Positions 50,039 through 59,600 are shown, counted from the stretch's first letter. The stretch: DNA of 64,000 nucleotides from Oligoflexia bacterium (GCA_016715815.1 JADJXN010000014.1:171767-235766); one strand, 5' to 3'. Notes: a model not told the origin generated them from the sequence alone. Made by a program: numbers and translations.

Positions 50039-50758
50039 TTAAAAAGGTTGTGGGAGATCTAAAACTACAAGCACATTAAATTTTCCGTTAAAAGTAATAT
50101 CATAATTAGGGAACTTTCCAGAGGCCAATGTTCTTATCTCTAAAGTTTTATATTTTTCATAATAAGGCTTTATATCAACATTAGTTGTATGAAAGTGAAG
50201 TCTTTGGGTGTCTCTTATAAAATCTTTTTCTATTATGGCGTCTGCAAGAGGGATGTCTTCAAGAACTTCCCCGTTTTTGTCTCTAAAAATTAAAGAGACA
50301 TGAACATCTTTTAAAAAATTTAAATCATTAGGGTTTGAAGGGCCTAAAATATTTAAATTTTTCTTTTCTCTTTCAATCACTTCTAAATAACCGGCAGTAA
50401 GCTGCACAGATTTAACTAATTTTAAAACTTCTTCATCTGTCCAAGTGGAGCCTGGCTTTATAGGAATGTCATTTCTTACTGGTAGTGGTGGGATAAGAGC
50501 CTTTGCCATTGAAAGTGATAAGTTTATAGGCATCTCAAGGATTTCCCCAAAAAGGGGAATCCAACCCAAAAGTGTTCCTGTAAATTTTCTAATAAAGCTT
50601 TTTTGAACTTTAACGGGTTCAACATCACCTTGAATATTTAAACTAATGGCATTGAATTTAAGCTTTTTTGATCCTGCAATAGGGGTAATTTCATTTGTGT
50701 TTTTACACCCAAACGAAAATAAAACTACAAGAGATAAAAAGAGCTTTGCAAAATGCAT
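50039..50758 (-). CDS. hypothetical lipoprotein
   Basis: Lipobox LFSFGC. Confidence 0.55.
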   Translation of the reverse strand: MHFAKLFLSLVVLFSFGCKNTNEITPIAGSKKLKFNAISLNIQGDVEPVKVQKSFIRKFTGTLLGWIPLFGEILEMPINLSLSMAKALIPPLPVRNDIPIKPGSTWTDEEVLKLVKSVQLTAGYLEVIEREKKNLNILGPSNPNDLNFLKDVHVSLIFRDKNGEVLEDIPLADAIIEKDFIRDTQRLHFHTTNVDIKPYYEKYKTLEIRTLASGKFPNYDITFNGKFNVLVVLDLPQPF

Positions 50759-50779
50759 GGTGTCATATAAAAGGTTTTT

Positions 50780-52042
50780 GTGGGGAAAAACAACATTAAA
50801 ATTATTTTTTGTGCACTTATTTTTGCTGCTTTCAACTTAAAGGCAGATACTTCCACTCTTCCCAAAGGGGTGCGTGCTTTTGTTTATAAGCACATGAATG
50901 CGCAAGTGGGCGGTAAGTATGGGGAATCAGGTGCGCTTGGGAGTTATGATTTAAATGAAAAACTAACGCTAGATACTGTTTCTGGGTTATCTAAAAAAGT
51001 TGGTGAAGTTGTTACGCAAATTAAAAATACAAGCCCTGATATTTTTAATCACCTTGAAATTGGAAGTGTAAACATTAATGCAAAAATTGATGTCTCTGCC
51101 AATGCCTTTGCTTTAGCGTATGGAATTACAGATAAAATAATGGTTGCAGTGGCAGCTCCCTACTTAAATGCTAAAGTAAATCTTAAAGGTGGCTATTATG
51201 ATTCGGGCCAATTAAAACAAGCAGCAAATAGTTTAAGCCTCATGGAGGCAGATCCAAAAAATGCGGGGAATAAAGAAAACCTATCCATTATTAGGCAATT
51301 TATTAACCAGCTCCCAACACTAGAGTCCGCAAATCTTCAAGATATTTTAGTAAATTATTATGGTTATAAGCCTTTGGGTACCTGGGAAGGCTCAGGTTTT
51401 GGTGATGCATTATTTTTTATTCAATACCGCTATTTTGAAACTTCCTATTATAAAACAGCACTTAAACTTCAGGCAGATATTCCAACGGGTGGTACAAAAG
51501 ATCCGGATAACCTTGTAGCCATACCAATTACTAATGGCTATTGGGGAACAAGCCTTGAAAGCCTTAATGATTTTTTGCCATTTAGTTATGACAATTTTAT
51601 TATTTCACTTAATTCTAGGTTTAAATACAACTGGCCAACTCAAACAACAGTGAGGCTCGCGCCAAATAAAAGTTTTCCCTTAACTAACCAAAAAGAAACA
51701 CTAATGTGGGAGCCTGGCTCTGTTTGGTACTTGTCTTCTGCTCTGGATTTAAAGACAAATAATAAGTTTTTAGGAGCTTACGCTCAATACACATACTCTT
51801 TAAAGCTAGAAGATATTTATAGGGGTAAAAAAGCAGATTATGATTACAGCATTTTATCTCATAATTCAAACAGCCAAGCCCATGTGATGGAATTGGGGTT
51901 ATATTTTTCAACAGTGGGGTTTTATTTAAGCCAAAAATTTCCAATACCTTTTAAAGGTAGCATTTCTTATAGCCAAGTATTAGCTGGGGTGAACTCTGAG
52001 CTTATTCAGCTATGGAACCTGGGGGTGGAGATGTATTTTTGA
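50780..52042 (+). CDS. putative outer-membrane beta-barrel protein
   Basis: Signal peptide, alternating amphipathic segments, C-terminal aromatic residue (VEMYF). Confidence 0.55.
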   Translation: MGKNNIKIIFCALIFAAFNLKADTSTLPKGVRAFVYKHMNAQVGGKYGESGALGSYDLNEKLTLDTVSGLSKKVGEVVTQIKNTSPDIFNHLEIGSVNINAKIDVSANAFALAYGITDKIMVAVAAPYLNAKVNLKGGYYDSGQLKQAANSLSLMEADPKNAGNKENLSIIRQFINQLPTLESANLQDILVNYYGYKPLGTWEGSGFGDALFFIQYRYFETSYYKTALKLQADIPTGGTKDPDNLVAIPITNGYWGTSLESLNDFLPFSYDNFIISLNSRFKYNWPTQTTVRLAPNKSFPLTNQKETLMWEPGSVWYLSSALDLKTNNKFLGAYAQYTYSLKLEDIYRGKKADYDYSILSHNSNSQAHVMELGLYFSTVGFYLSQKFPIPFKGSISYSQVLAGVNSELIQLWNLGVEMYF

Positions 52043-52160
52043 GGAAAAACCAAAGTCTAGCTGTTCAAAGTAAGATTAATCGCAGTGTAAAGATTGCAGT
52101 ATCAAAATAAACAAAATCTATTTACTATATTACTTGTGCCCCCTTAAAAAGGTTTATTAA

Positions 52161-52823
52161 ATGCTAGATATTCAAACTTTATTAATGGAAGAGCTGGTCC
52201 AGTTTTTGGCTAATGGTTGCCAAAATGATGTTTTGCAAAGGCTGAGTAGTGGTTTTTTAGAACTTGGCTTTTCTAAAACAATCATTTTTCTTAAAACATC
52301 ATCTAGTAATGGTGAGTTAAAGCAAGTATTCCCTAATGAATTTGATTTTAAATTAAATTTTAAACCAAATTTAATTGAAAAAGAAAAAGAGCATTATTTT
52401 ATAGAAAAGCCTGCGGCATTTGGTGCAAACCAAGCTTTTGTTGTGATGCCTTTGAGTTGTAAAACCGCTTGCTTTGGCGCTTTAGTACTTCAGGCAGATG
52501 AAAAAACATTACAACGCTGGAGCGGAGATTATAAAAAAATTGGTTATGTATTTTCTTTATTTATGCAAAGTCTTGATTTAATTCAAAAGCAAAATTTAGC
52601 AGAGAATAAAAAGCTAAAAACCAAACTTTGCCTATTACATTTAAGTGATAAGCAAAGCACTATTGTAGAGCTATTATTGAATGGTAGGAGTAATAAGGAA
52701 ATTGCAAAATCTATTAACTTAACAGAGCAGGCAATTAAGTATCATGTTGGTAATATGCTTTCTAAATTCCAGTGTAAGAATAGAAAAGAGCTAAGATCAA
52801 AAATAAATGAGCTAATTGTTTAA
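52161..52823 (+). CDS. LuxR-family HTH transcriptional regulator with N-terminal putative ligand-binding domain
   Basis: C-terminal LuxR/GerE HTH: LSDKQSTIVELLLNGRSNKEIAKSINLTEQAIKYHVGNMLSKF. Confidence 0.7.
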   Translation: MLDIQTLLMEELVQFLANGCQNDVLQRLSSGFLELGFSKTIIFLKTSSSNGELKQVFPNEFDFKLNFKPNLIEKEKEHYFIEKPAAFGANQAFVVMPLSCKTACFGALVLQADEKTLQRWSGDYKKIGYVFSLFMQSLDLIQKQNLAENKKLKTKLCLLHLSDKQSTIVELLLNGRSNKEIAKSINLTEQAIKYHVGNMLSKFQCKNRKELRSKINELIV

Positions 52824-53203
52824 CCATTTCCTTCTTTGAGCTCACGCTCTTGAATTTCAAAGGCTTCAAGTAATTCTGTTGCTGTATTAAAATCAAATTT
52901 CTTAATAACACTTTTATAAAGTTTTTTATTATTCATGTATTGCTCTATAAGAATAAGTATTGAGGTGCGGTGGGGGTCAAAATTAAAAGTCAGTTTTGCT
53001 ACTCTTAAGGTTTCATAAACTAGTTCTTCAGTTTGAGGCTGTTTAGCCGCTTCTCTAATTAAATTAAGGTATTCATCATGTTGCTTTAGTTGTGTAGTTT
53101 GCTTTGTTATTTTTTTCATTTTTAAAATTAATGCAGGTGTAAGATCAACTTGAGCATTTGAAAAGTTAAACAAAAGTAAAATTGCTAAGAATATTTTTGT
53201 CAT
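52820..53203 (-). CDS. small secreted helical protein, translationally coupled to upstream gene
   Basis: Signal peptide; 4-nt start/stop overlap with the 53200..54222 gene. Confidence 0.5.
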   Translation of the reverse strand: MTKIFLAILLLFNFSNAQVDLTPALILKMKKITKQTTQLKQHDEYLNLIREAAKQPQTEELVYETLRVAKLTFNFDPHRTSILILIEQYMNNKKLYKSVIKKFDFNTATELLEAFEIQERELKEGNG

Positions 53204-54222
53204 ATATTTTCCTTATGTACCATAACCCCAATAAGCTCATAGTCATCGGTTTTTCTTTTTCGAGTTGATTGAATAATGGGGTTGGGTGTAACTAAATCAC
53301 TCACGTAGCGAATTTGGTTATTTCTCTCAACTTTAATTTCAGTATGTACCACCTTTGTTGGTCGGCCATTAACATATTTTCTATAGAGCAATATGGCCCC
53401 ATTGGGAGCATCATCTATGTTTTTAATTTTAGGGTAAAGATTGATAAAACCTCTGTTTTCAAAATGCTCTACTTTGGCATAGCTATGCTCACTACTATGC
53501 CAACTATTTTTTTCTTCTTGTGTGACAAACTCGCTGCAAAATAAAACATCCTTAACATGTTTATAGCAGTAACCCTTGGATTTACTTAAATCAGCATAGT
53601 TTGGCTTATGCAGTCTTTTTGCTTCACTACTTAGTGATCTTTCTAAACAAGGAATAATTTTATCTAATTTTTTTGTTTTTTTATGCTTTTGAACTACCTT
53701 TTCTGGTTGAGCTTTTGGGATAGTAGTTTTATTAATTATTTCTGGCTTATTAATATGGCTTTCAATTCTTGCTGTAGCCTCAACAATGGGGGCAGCTTGC
53801 TTTTGCGAAATCACTTGAGTGGATTTTGTGCAATTTGTACAGCTTTCTATGGGTTTGAGCTCTTCAAAATATGTTTGTTTTTGCAAAGTAAGATCAGTGT
53901 ATAGTTTTACAAAATGATTTTGTTTGGCATCTTTAACATTATGGTAAACCCAAGCCACTTTACCTTTTAAATTTCTATTTGGAGATGTGGTTATTTTTAA
54001 TTTAATACCATAGTTGCCAGAGTTTAATTGAACATAATCTAAAATTTCACCCTCAGTCTCTGCAGGCAACGGGCTCTCTTTTAAAACAACACTTGAGTCT
54101 ATAAAATTGGCTTCAGAACGTGCATTAACAGGGTTTAATATTTTAACGTAAGTAGGGCGCACACTTGCTTGTGAAAAATTACTCGCGAAAAAAAATAATA
54201 TTAAAAACACCAAGTGTTTCAC
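53200..54222 (-). CDS. secreted protein with C-terminal Cys/His hydrolase-like region (putative peptidase/amidase)
   Basis: Signal peptide; C-terminal GYCYKHVKDV ... VVHTEIKV resembling Cys-His catalytic arrangement; unverified. Confidence 0.5.
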   Translation of the reverse strand: MKHLVFLILFFFASNFSQASVRPTYVKILNPVNARSEANFIDSSVVLKESPLPAETEGEILDYVQLNSGNYGIKLKITTSPNRNLKGKVAWVYHNVKDAKQNHFVKLYTDLTLQKQTYFEELKPIESCTNCTKSTQVISQKQAAPIVEATARIESHINKPEIINKTTIPKAQPEKVVQKHKKTKKLDKIIPCLERSLSSEAKRLHKPNYADLSKSKGYCYKHVKDVLFCSEFVTQEEKNSWHSSEHSYAKVEHFENRGFINLYPKIKNIDDAPNGAILLYRKYVNGRPTKVVHTEIKVERNNQIRYVSDLVTPNPIIQSTRKRKTDDYELIGVMVHKENI

Positions 54223-54266
54223 AGATTTACTATCGGTTTAAAATAATAAATCTGTGAGTAGTTTAA

Positions 54267-55712
54267 CTACTTAATTACTATGCTTATTGTTTGTGGTTGG
54301 TTTTGCATTACAACTTTGGTCATGCCTACTCGACCATCAGCAAGTTTTGCTGAAACAATATACTCACCTGGGTCTAGTACTTTAAAAAACACACCAAAGT
54401 TATTTGTCCTAAGTGGCATTTCTTTTTTAAGATGCTTTATTTTATCCACTGCAATGGCTGCCACAAGTGGTGCTCTTTGAAGCTGGTTGAGGCCGTCCAC
54501 AACTTGCACCTTTAGCATGTTTTTGCCTGAACGATTCATAAAATATGTCCATGCCTTGCGGTGTTTTAACAAAGTGGGCTCTCTTAAGCTATAAGAAGGG
54601 TGAAAGTCTTGGTTAACTTCAAAAGTGTAGCTGAGTGTTCCGTAAGCTGCGTACATAAAATCCATGGAGCTTCCGTCAACGCCGTAAAGAATTTCCCAGG
54701 GTGCGCCGGGCTTGTAGTTACCACGGCCATCATCTCTAGGGAGAAGGCTTGCTAACTCATTAGCTACTTTTTTAATTAAAGCATTTTCAGAAGTTAAATC
54801 TCCGTAGCAGCCGTATGGGTGTAAAACAAGCTCACTATAAGAATGGTAAGATAAATATGCTGTTGGGCGCACGTGGTCTGTTAATGTATTAAAAGCTTTT
54901 ACTTCTGGTTCACTGGCAGCAGTGGCTCCTCGGTAAGTGTCTGAGCCTTGGCTGCCTGATGAGCCATTGCACTCCCCCCAGCGGTAATTATAATTTCTGT
55001 TTATATCTACCCCATGCACTCCATCAAGAGAGGAGCGAGCGTTTTTTCTCCACATGCTATTTGATGTCCAAACAATGTTTGAGCCATCAGGGTTAAGCAT
55101 GGGTATAACCCAAATATTCCAATTTTTTAAAATTTCTTGTCCCTGCGGGGTTTGTGCATTTTTTAAAACGGTTTCAGCAACATCAAAGACAACCTCAGGG
55201 GTCATGATTTCGCGGGCATGGTGAAGGCCATCAATGATAATGGTTGGTTTTTGAAAATACTCTGCAGAGTTATAATCTAAAGTAGTGGAAACAAGCATGG
55301 CTAAAACCGGGCGGCCCTGGTTTGATTTACCAAGTTCAATCACACGACTTAGTTGTGGATAAGCTTGATTTAGTGCACTTAATTTTGAAGTTAATGTTGT
55401 TGGGTTTAAAAAACGCTGATCAGGAGAAAAATCTGTCCTAACCATTTGGCCATCAAAGCCTTTTTCTTTTAAAAAGCTAAGGCCCTTTGTGGTGGTAATA
55501 ACCTCAATGGTTCTTTGAGCTTCGTTAATACCGGCGATATCAAACTCATACTTATTAAGCATGTTAACAACGTTTCTAACCTGCGTGGCTGTAACGTTAT
55601 TTGGAACCTTAATTTTATATCTTATTTGTGGTTCATTTTTTAACTGAGGCGCAAGTGCCGTTTGAGCGTTAAAGCCTAAAAGTAAAACCAAAAGAATGAT
55701 AATATTTTTCAT
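54267..55712 (-). CDS. secreted M14-family zinc carboxypeptidase
   Basis: Zn-binding motif GLHHAREIMTPE (HxxE) and downstream His region. Confidence 0.8.
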   Translation of the reverse strand: MKNIIILLVLLLGFNAQTALAPQLKNEPQIRYKIKVPNNVTATQVRNVVNMLNKYEFDIAGINEAQRTIEVITTTKGLSFLKEKGFDGQMVRTDFSPDQRFLNPTTLTSKLSALNQAYPQLSRVIELGKSNQGRPVLAMLVSTTLDYNSAEYFQKPTIIIDGLHHAREIMTPEVVFDVAETVLKNAQTPQGQEILKNWNIWVIPMLNPDGSNIVWTSNSMWRKNARSSLDGVHGVDINRNYNYRWGECNGSSGSQGSDTYRGATAASEPEVKAFNTLTDHVRPTAYLSYHSYSELVLHPYGCYGDLTSENALIKKVANELASLLPRDDGRGNYKPGAPWEILYGVDGSSMDFMYAAYGTLSYTFEVNQDFHPSYSLREPTLLKHRKAWTYFMNRSGKNMLKVQVVDGLNQLQRAPLVAAIAVDKIKHLKKEMPLRTNNFGVFFKVLDPGEYIVSAKLADGRVGMTKVVMQNQPQTISIVIK

Positions 55713-55788
55713 GTTGTTCCCCCTAATATTAAGTCTAGGTAGGTATTAAAACATTGGTCAAGCATTGTTTTAAGACTGCCGATAATTT

Positions 55789-56235
55789 ATGTGCATGCAG
55801 AGCTTTCGTGTTGAAATAAAAAATCGTTGTTGGGTTGAGGCTAGCTTTAAGCTTGATGAGTATAAAAACGTGCTATCAGTTGATTGGCATGCGCAAGGGA
55901 GTTTTGATTTAATTCAAGAATGTGAGAAATTCTTTAAACTTGCACTTCAAAAGAACCTGGAGAGTTTAAGTGTGGTGGGTGTTAAAACAGCACAACTCAT
56001 GCTTAATGAGCTTTTAGATAAAGCTAAAGGCGTTTATAAGAGTGTAGATGATATAGAAATTTGCCATTGTAGAAAAATAAACAGGTCTGAAATAATAGAT
56101 GCTATTTTATTAGGCGCCCACACGCCTGAGAAGGTCAAAAAATGGACCACCGCAAGTTCGGGTTGCGGAACTTGCCGCTCTGATGTAGATAAGCTCATAA
56201 ATGAGCTTATCAAAAGAGATGTTAGCAAAAGTTAA
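55789..56235 (+). CDS. BFD-like [2Fe-2S]-binding domain protein
   Basis: CHCRKINRSEI ... SGCGTCR four-Cys BFD pattern. Confidence 0.55.
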   Translation: MCMQSFRVEIKNRCWVEASFKLDEYKNVLSVDWHAQGSFDLIQECEKFFKLALQKNLESLSVVGVKTAQLMLNELLDKAKGVYKSVDDIEICHCRKINRSEIIDAILLGAHTPEKVKKWTTASSGCGTCRSDVDKLINELIKRDVSKS

Positions 56236-56515
56236 CGAAATTATTGAATCAGACATTCGCCCCATGCTTTTAGGCGATGGTGGGGATATCCAAGTTATAG
56301 ATTTACGTGATGACGGCTTTTTAGAACTACGTGTGTCTGGCCAATGTGTGCACTGTGCTTCTTTACCACTTACCATGACCTTTGCTATTGAGGAGCGCTT
56401 AAAGACAGCATTTCCTGAAATAAAAGGTGTGGTGCAGTTAAAAGATTTGGATGATGAAGGTGAGCTTGTTGGTGAGCAGGCATTGGACGATGTTGTGGGG
56501 AAGACGTGTCATTAA
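56201..56515 (+). CDS. Nfu/NifU C-terminal-domain Fe-S scaffold protein (start may be ATG 56219)
   Basis: LLGDGGDIQVIDL and CVHCAS (CxxC) Nfu motifs. Confidence 0.75.
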   Translation: MSLSKEMLAKVNEIIESDIRPMLLGDGGDIQVIDLRDDGFLELRVSGQCVHCASLPLTMTFAIEERLKTAFPEIKGVVQLKDLDDEGELVGEQALDDVVGKTCH

Positions 56516-56844
56516 AAGAGCAAATTTTAAATTTAAAAAAATCAAAGTCTGAAGAAGATAGAAAAAAGTGTGTCGAGCTTCTTAAAACCTATTTATTCCT
56601 TTCTGTAAACTTCACTGTTGTTATTTTTTAAAGATTATTTTCTTGACGTGTTTTTTGGTTTACAGGTTTTGATTCCAGACGATCTTAAATACTAAAAATA
56701 TCAAAAAAACTTATCTGAATCTGTTTTTAACTCTTAAATCTCAAATTAATTCGTTTAATAAGATATTAATTTCTCATCTCAGATGTTCTCAAAATGAGCA
56801 GTGAAAAAACCATGTTATAAAAGCCTTAAACTAAGGGGGTCTTA

Positions 56845-57165
56845 ATGCAAAAAGAATTTTTAGAACTTCACCAAAAAGCCATCAACATTGCCCAAAGCTT
56901 TCACAAAGCAGAATCAGATCTGATTGATATACTTCAAAAAATAGATCAACAAAAAATATTTTTAAAACTAGGTTTTGCCAGCCTTTTTGACTATGCGTTG
57001 AAAGCGTTAAAGCTCTCAGAAGCTAATAGTTCAAACTTTATAACTGTTGCCAGAAAATCAAAAACAATCCCTGAGCTAAAAGAAGCTATTAAGGAAGGTA
57101 GACTTAGTGTCTCAAAGGCAAGAAAGATAACTCCTGTGTTAACCCCAGAAAACAAAGACGTTTAG
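56845..57165 (+). CDS. DUF222-like N-terminal segment of HNH endonuclease (ends at in-frame TAG)
   Basis: Helical segment resembling DUF222; same frame as the following HNH ORF, separated by a single TAG. Confidence 0.5.
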   Translation: MQKEFLELHQKAINIAQSFHKAESDLIDILQKIDQQKIFLKLGFASLFDYALKALKLSEANSSNFITVARKSKTIPELKEAIKEGRLSVSKARKITPVLTPENKDV

Positions 57166-57171
57166 TTAAAT

Positions 57172-57723
57172 ATGGCTGAGGTGTTGCCAAAGGCAAAGCT
57201 AGAAAAGGAGATTGCCAAGGTTTTACCTGAAAAGGCGGTTCAAGAAAGAACAAGCTATGTCAGCCCTGAAAGAATCAAACTTACAGTTGGCTTATCTGAA
57301 AGAGCCCATGAGCTACTTAAAAGGGTTCAAGATTTGGAGTGTCAAAGAAGAAGAGCCTCTATTAATTTTGAGCAAACAATTGAGGCGGCTTTGGAGTTAT
57401 ACATAAAAAAGCTTGATCCAGTGGAGAAAGCAAAAGCACGGTTTGAATCTGAAGTTAAAACCACTGACGCGGCTGCTTCTGTCCCGGGACACATAGTGGG
57501 TTTGTATGGGTTTACAAGGGTGAGGTTGCCTCAAAGGTTAAAACACCAAATTTTTCTAAGAGACAAGGGGGAGTGTCAGCATAGAGATCAAAGTGGAAAT
57601 AAGTGCCACAACTCTAGATGGACTGAGGTTCATCACAAAACTCCGGTGAGCCATGGTGGGCAAAATGAATTAAATAACCTCACTACACTTTGTTTCGGGC
57701 ACCATAAACTTATGCATTTATAA
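57172..57723 (+). CDS. HNH endonuclease domain protein
   Basis: HNH motif CQHRDQSGNKCHN ... EVHHKTPVSHGGQNELNNLTTLCFGHH. Confidence 0.75.
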   Translation: MAEVLPKAKLEKEIAKVLPEKAVQERTSYVSPERIKLTVGLSERAHELLKRVQDLECQRRRASINFEQTIEAALELYIKKLDPVEKAKARFESEVKTTDAAASVPGHIVGLYGFTRVRLPQRLKHQIFLRDKGECQHRDQSGNKCHNSRWTEVHHKTPVSHGGQNELNNLTTLCFGHHKLMHL

Positions 57724-57987
57724 TTTTTTAGATTTCAAAAACTCTTCAAGAAGTGGGGCAATCTTTCGTCTGCAGCTCCCACCACAAGGGCCAACACCGG
57801 CAGTGGTTTTGTCATAAATTTCATTAAGTGTACAAGCACCTTCTTGCATGGCTTTTACAATTTCATCTTTAGGGATTTGATTGCAAAAGCAAATAATTTC
57901 TTTTTGAGATTTTTTATTCATTTTACTAAACGTCTTATTCTGTGAAGTGTTTGCTTGGATGCCTTGCTTCTTACTTTGATCACTCAT
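57718..57987 (-). CDS. BFD-like [2Fe-2S]-binding protein
   Basis: CFCNQIPKDEI ... GPCGGSCR four-Cys BFD pattern. Confidence 0.7.
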   Translation of the reverse strand: MSDQSKKQGIQANTSQNKTFSKMNKKSQKEIICFCNQIPKDEIVKAMQEGACTLNEIYDKTTAGVGPCGGSCRRKIAPLLEEFLKSKKL

Positions 57988-58961
57988 GAACCAAAAATTT
58001 TCTCAAAAGCACCCAAGACTTTTGCTTTTATTTCAACATAAGTGCCGTTCATTGTAGTGCCTGATGCAAACTCATGCCCACCACCACCAAGGCTTTGTGC
58101 AAGTTGGCTCACGCTATACATGCCCTTACTTCTAAAACTAATTTTAAACTGGCTAGGAGCATCTTCTCTAAACAATGCTGCGGCTTCAATGCTTTCAATA
58201 TCCATCACCATATCAATAATGTCTCGGGTCTCATCAGCCTCAAGGCCTAAGCGGTCCAAATCTTTTTTCTGAACGCGGACAATGGCCAATCTTCCATCAA
58301 ACTCATAATCAATATTAGTTAAAATATGGGCCAAAAATTTTAATTTTACAGGAGAGTGATTTCCAAAAAGATGACGATGCACTTTTTGAGCATCAATCTG
58401 ATGTTTTAAAAGCTCTGCCGCAATAAGATGCGGCGTGGGGCTGTTACGAACATATTTAAAATAATTAGTATCAAAAATAATGCTTGTATATAAAGGCATT
58501 GCAATTTGGCTGTCAAAGTCAACACGCAAAGCCTTAATAAGCTCAAAAACTATTTGGCCTGTGGAACTAGCATTTACGTCAATAATATTTTTTTCTGGAT
58601 CAAGGGGATGGCGCTTTAATGCAGAATGATGGTCCACAAAACAAATATTTTTTGAATGGGTTTTAAAAGAATTCCACAGCTCAAGTAAAAGCTCAGGATC
58701 ATTGGTATCAAAAATTAAAACAAGATCAACTCCTTCAAGAGAAGAGCGCAAAGTATTGGGTGTTTCTAAAATACCGTTTTCATCTAAAAAAAGATATTTT
58801 CTAGGAAGCCGGTCCGGGTTTACTATGCGAACTCTTTTGCCTATCTTCTTTAATGCCCAGTAAAATGAAAATTGGCAACCAAGGCCATCCCCATCAGGCT
58901 GGGTGTGGGTGCTTAGCACTATGTTTTGACTAGTCTTAATTAAATCAACAACATGTTTCAT
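57984..58961 (-). CDS. nrnA: DHH/DHHA1 phosphoesterase (NrnA-like nanoRNase/pAp phosphatase)
   Basis: HTQPDGDGLG, FDTND, VDHH motifs; C-terminal GGGH. Confidence 0.8.
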   Translation of the reverse strand: MKHVVDLIKTSQNIVLSTHTQPDGDGLGCQFSFYWALKKIGKRVRIVNPDRLPRKYLFLDENGILETPNTLRSSLEGVDLVLIFDTNDPELLLELWNSFKTHSKNICFVDHHSALKRHPLDPEKNIIDVNASSTGQIVFELIKALRVDFDSQIAMPLYTSIIFDTNYFKYVRNSPTPHLIAAELLKHQIDAQKVHRHLFGNHSPVKLKFLAHILTNIDYEFDGRLAIVRVQKKDLDRLGLEADETRDIIDMVMDIESIEAAALFREDAPSQFKISFRSKGMYSVSQLAQSLGGGGHEFASGTTMNGTYVEIKAKVLGAFEKIFGS

Positions 58962-59108
58962 GGATACTATTGTGGGGCTTAAATGCAGTGTTAATCAAGA
59001 AAAACCAAGTAAAACCAAAGGCTTAAAAGATTCTTTTTAAGATGTGCAAACCCTACTAAGTATGCTAAATTACTGCGTTTTAAAAAATAAAAAAGGAGTT
59101 TTAAAGTC

Positions 59109-59594
59109 ATGGCAGAAGATACAGTACCGATGACATTGGCAGGTAAAAAGAAGCTTGAGGAAGAACTAAAAAACCTACTTTCTGTAGAAAGACCACAGGT
59201 GATTAAAGCCATTGAAGTTGCAAGAGAACAGGGTGATTTAAGTGAGAACGCTGAGTATGATTCCGCAAAGGAGCGCCAGGCTTTTATTGAAGGCCGCATA
59301 CAAGAAATTAATTCCAAATTAGCAAGGGCTCAAGTGATTGACCCAGCAAAAATTAAAAGTGACAAAATTGTCTTTGGAGCAACTGTCGTGCTTGAAGATG
59401 CTGCAAGTGGAAATGGTAAAAAAATTAAATACCAAATTGTTGGAGTTGATGAGGCAGACGCGCAACACGGAAAAATTTCAATTAATTCCCCCATTGCAAG
59501 AGCGCTTATTGGAAAAGCTGAGGGCGAGATTGTTTCTGTAAATACCCCCGGTGGAATAAAAGAATTTGAAGTTTTAGAATTTTCATTTCAATAA
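59109..59594 (+). CDS. greA: transcription elongation factor GreA
   Basis: N-terminal coiled-coil with acidic tip (DLSENAEYDSAKERQ) and C-terminal FKBP-like domain. Confidence 0.9.
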   Translation: MAEDTVPMTLAGKKKLEEELKNLLSVERPQVIKAIEVAREQGDLSENAEYDSAKERQAFIEGRIQEINSKLARAQVIDPAKIKSDKIVFGATVVLEDAASGNGKKIKYQIVGVDEADAQHGKISINSPIARALIGKAEGEIVSVNTPGGIKEFEVLEFSFQ

Positions 59595-59600
59595 ATAAAA

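Noticed and set aside
58991-59317. 108-aa minus-strand ORF overlapping the greA start and promoter region
   Set aside because: Overlaps the 5' end of the well-supported greA gene on the opposite strand and is Ser/Phe/Leu-rich as expected for antisense translation; likely spurious.
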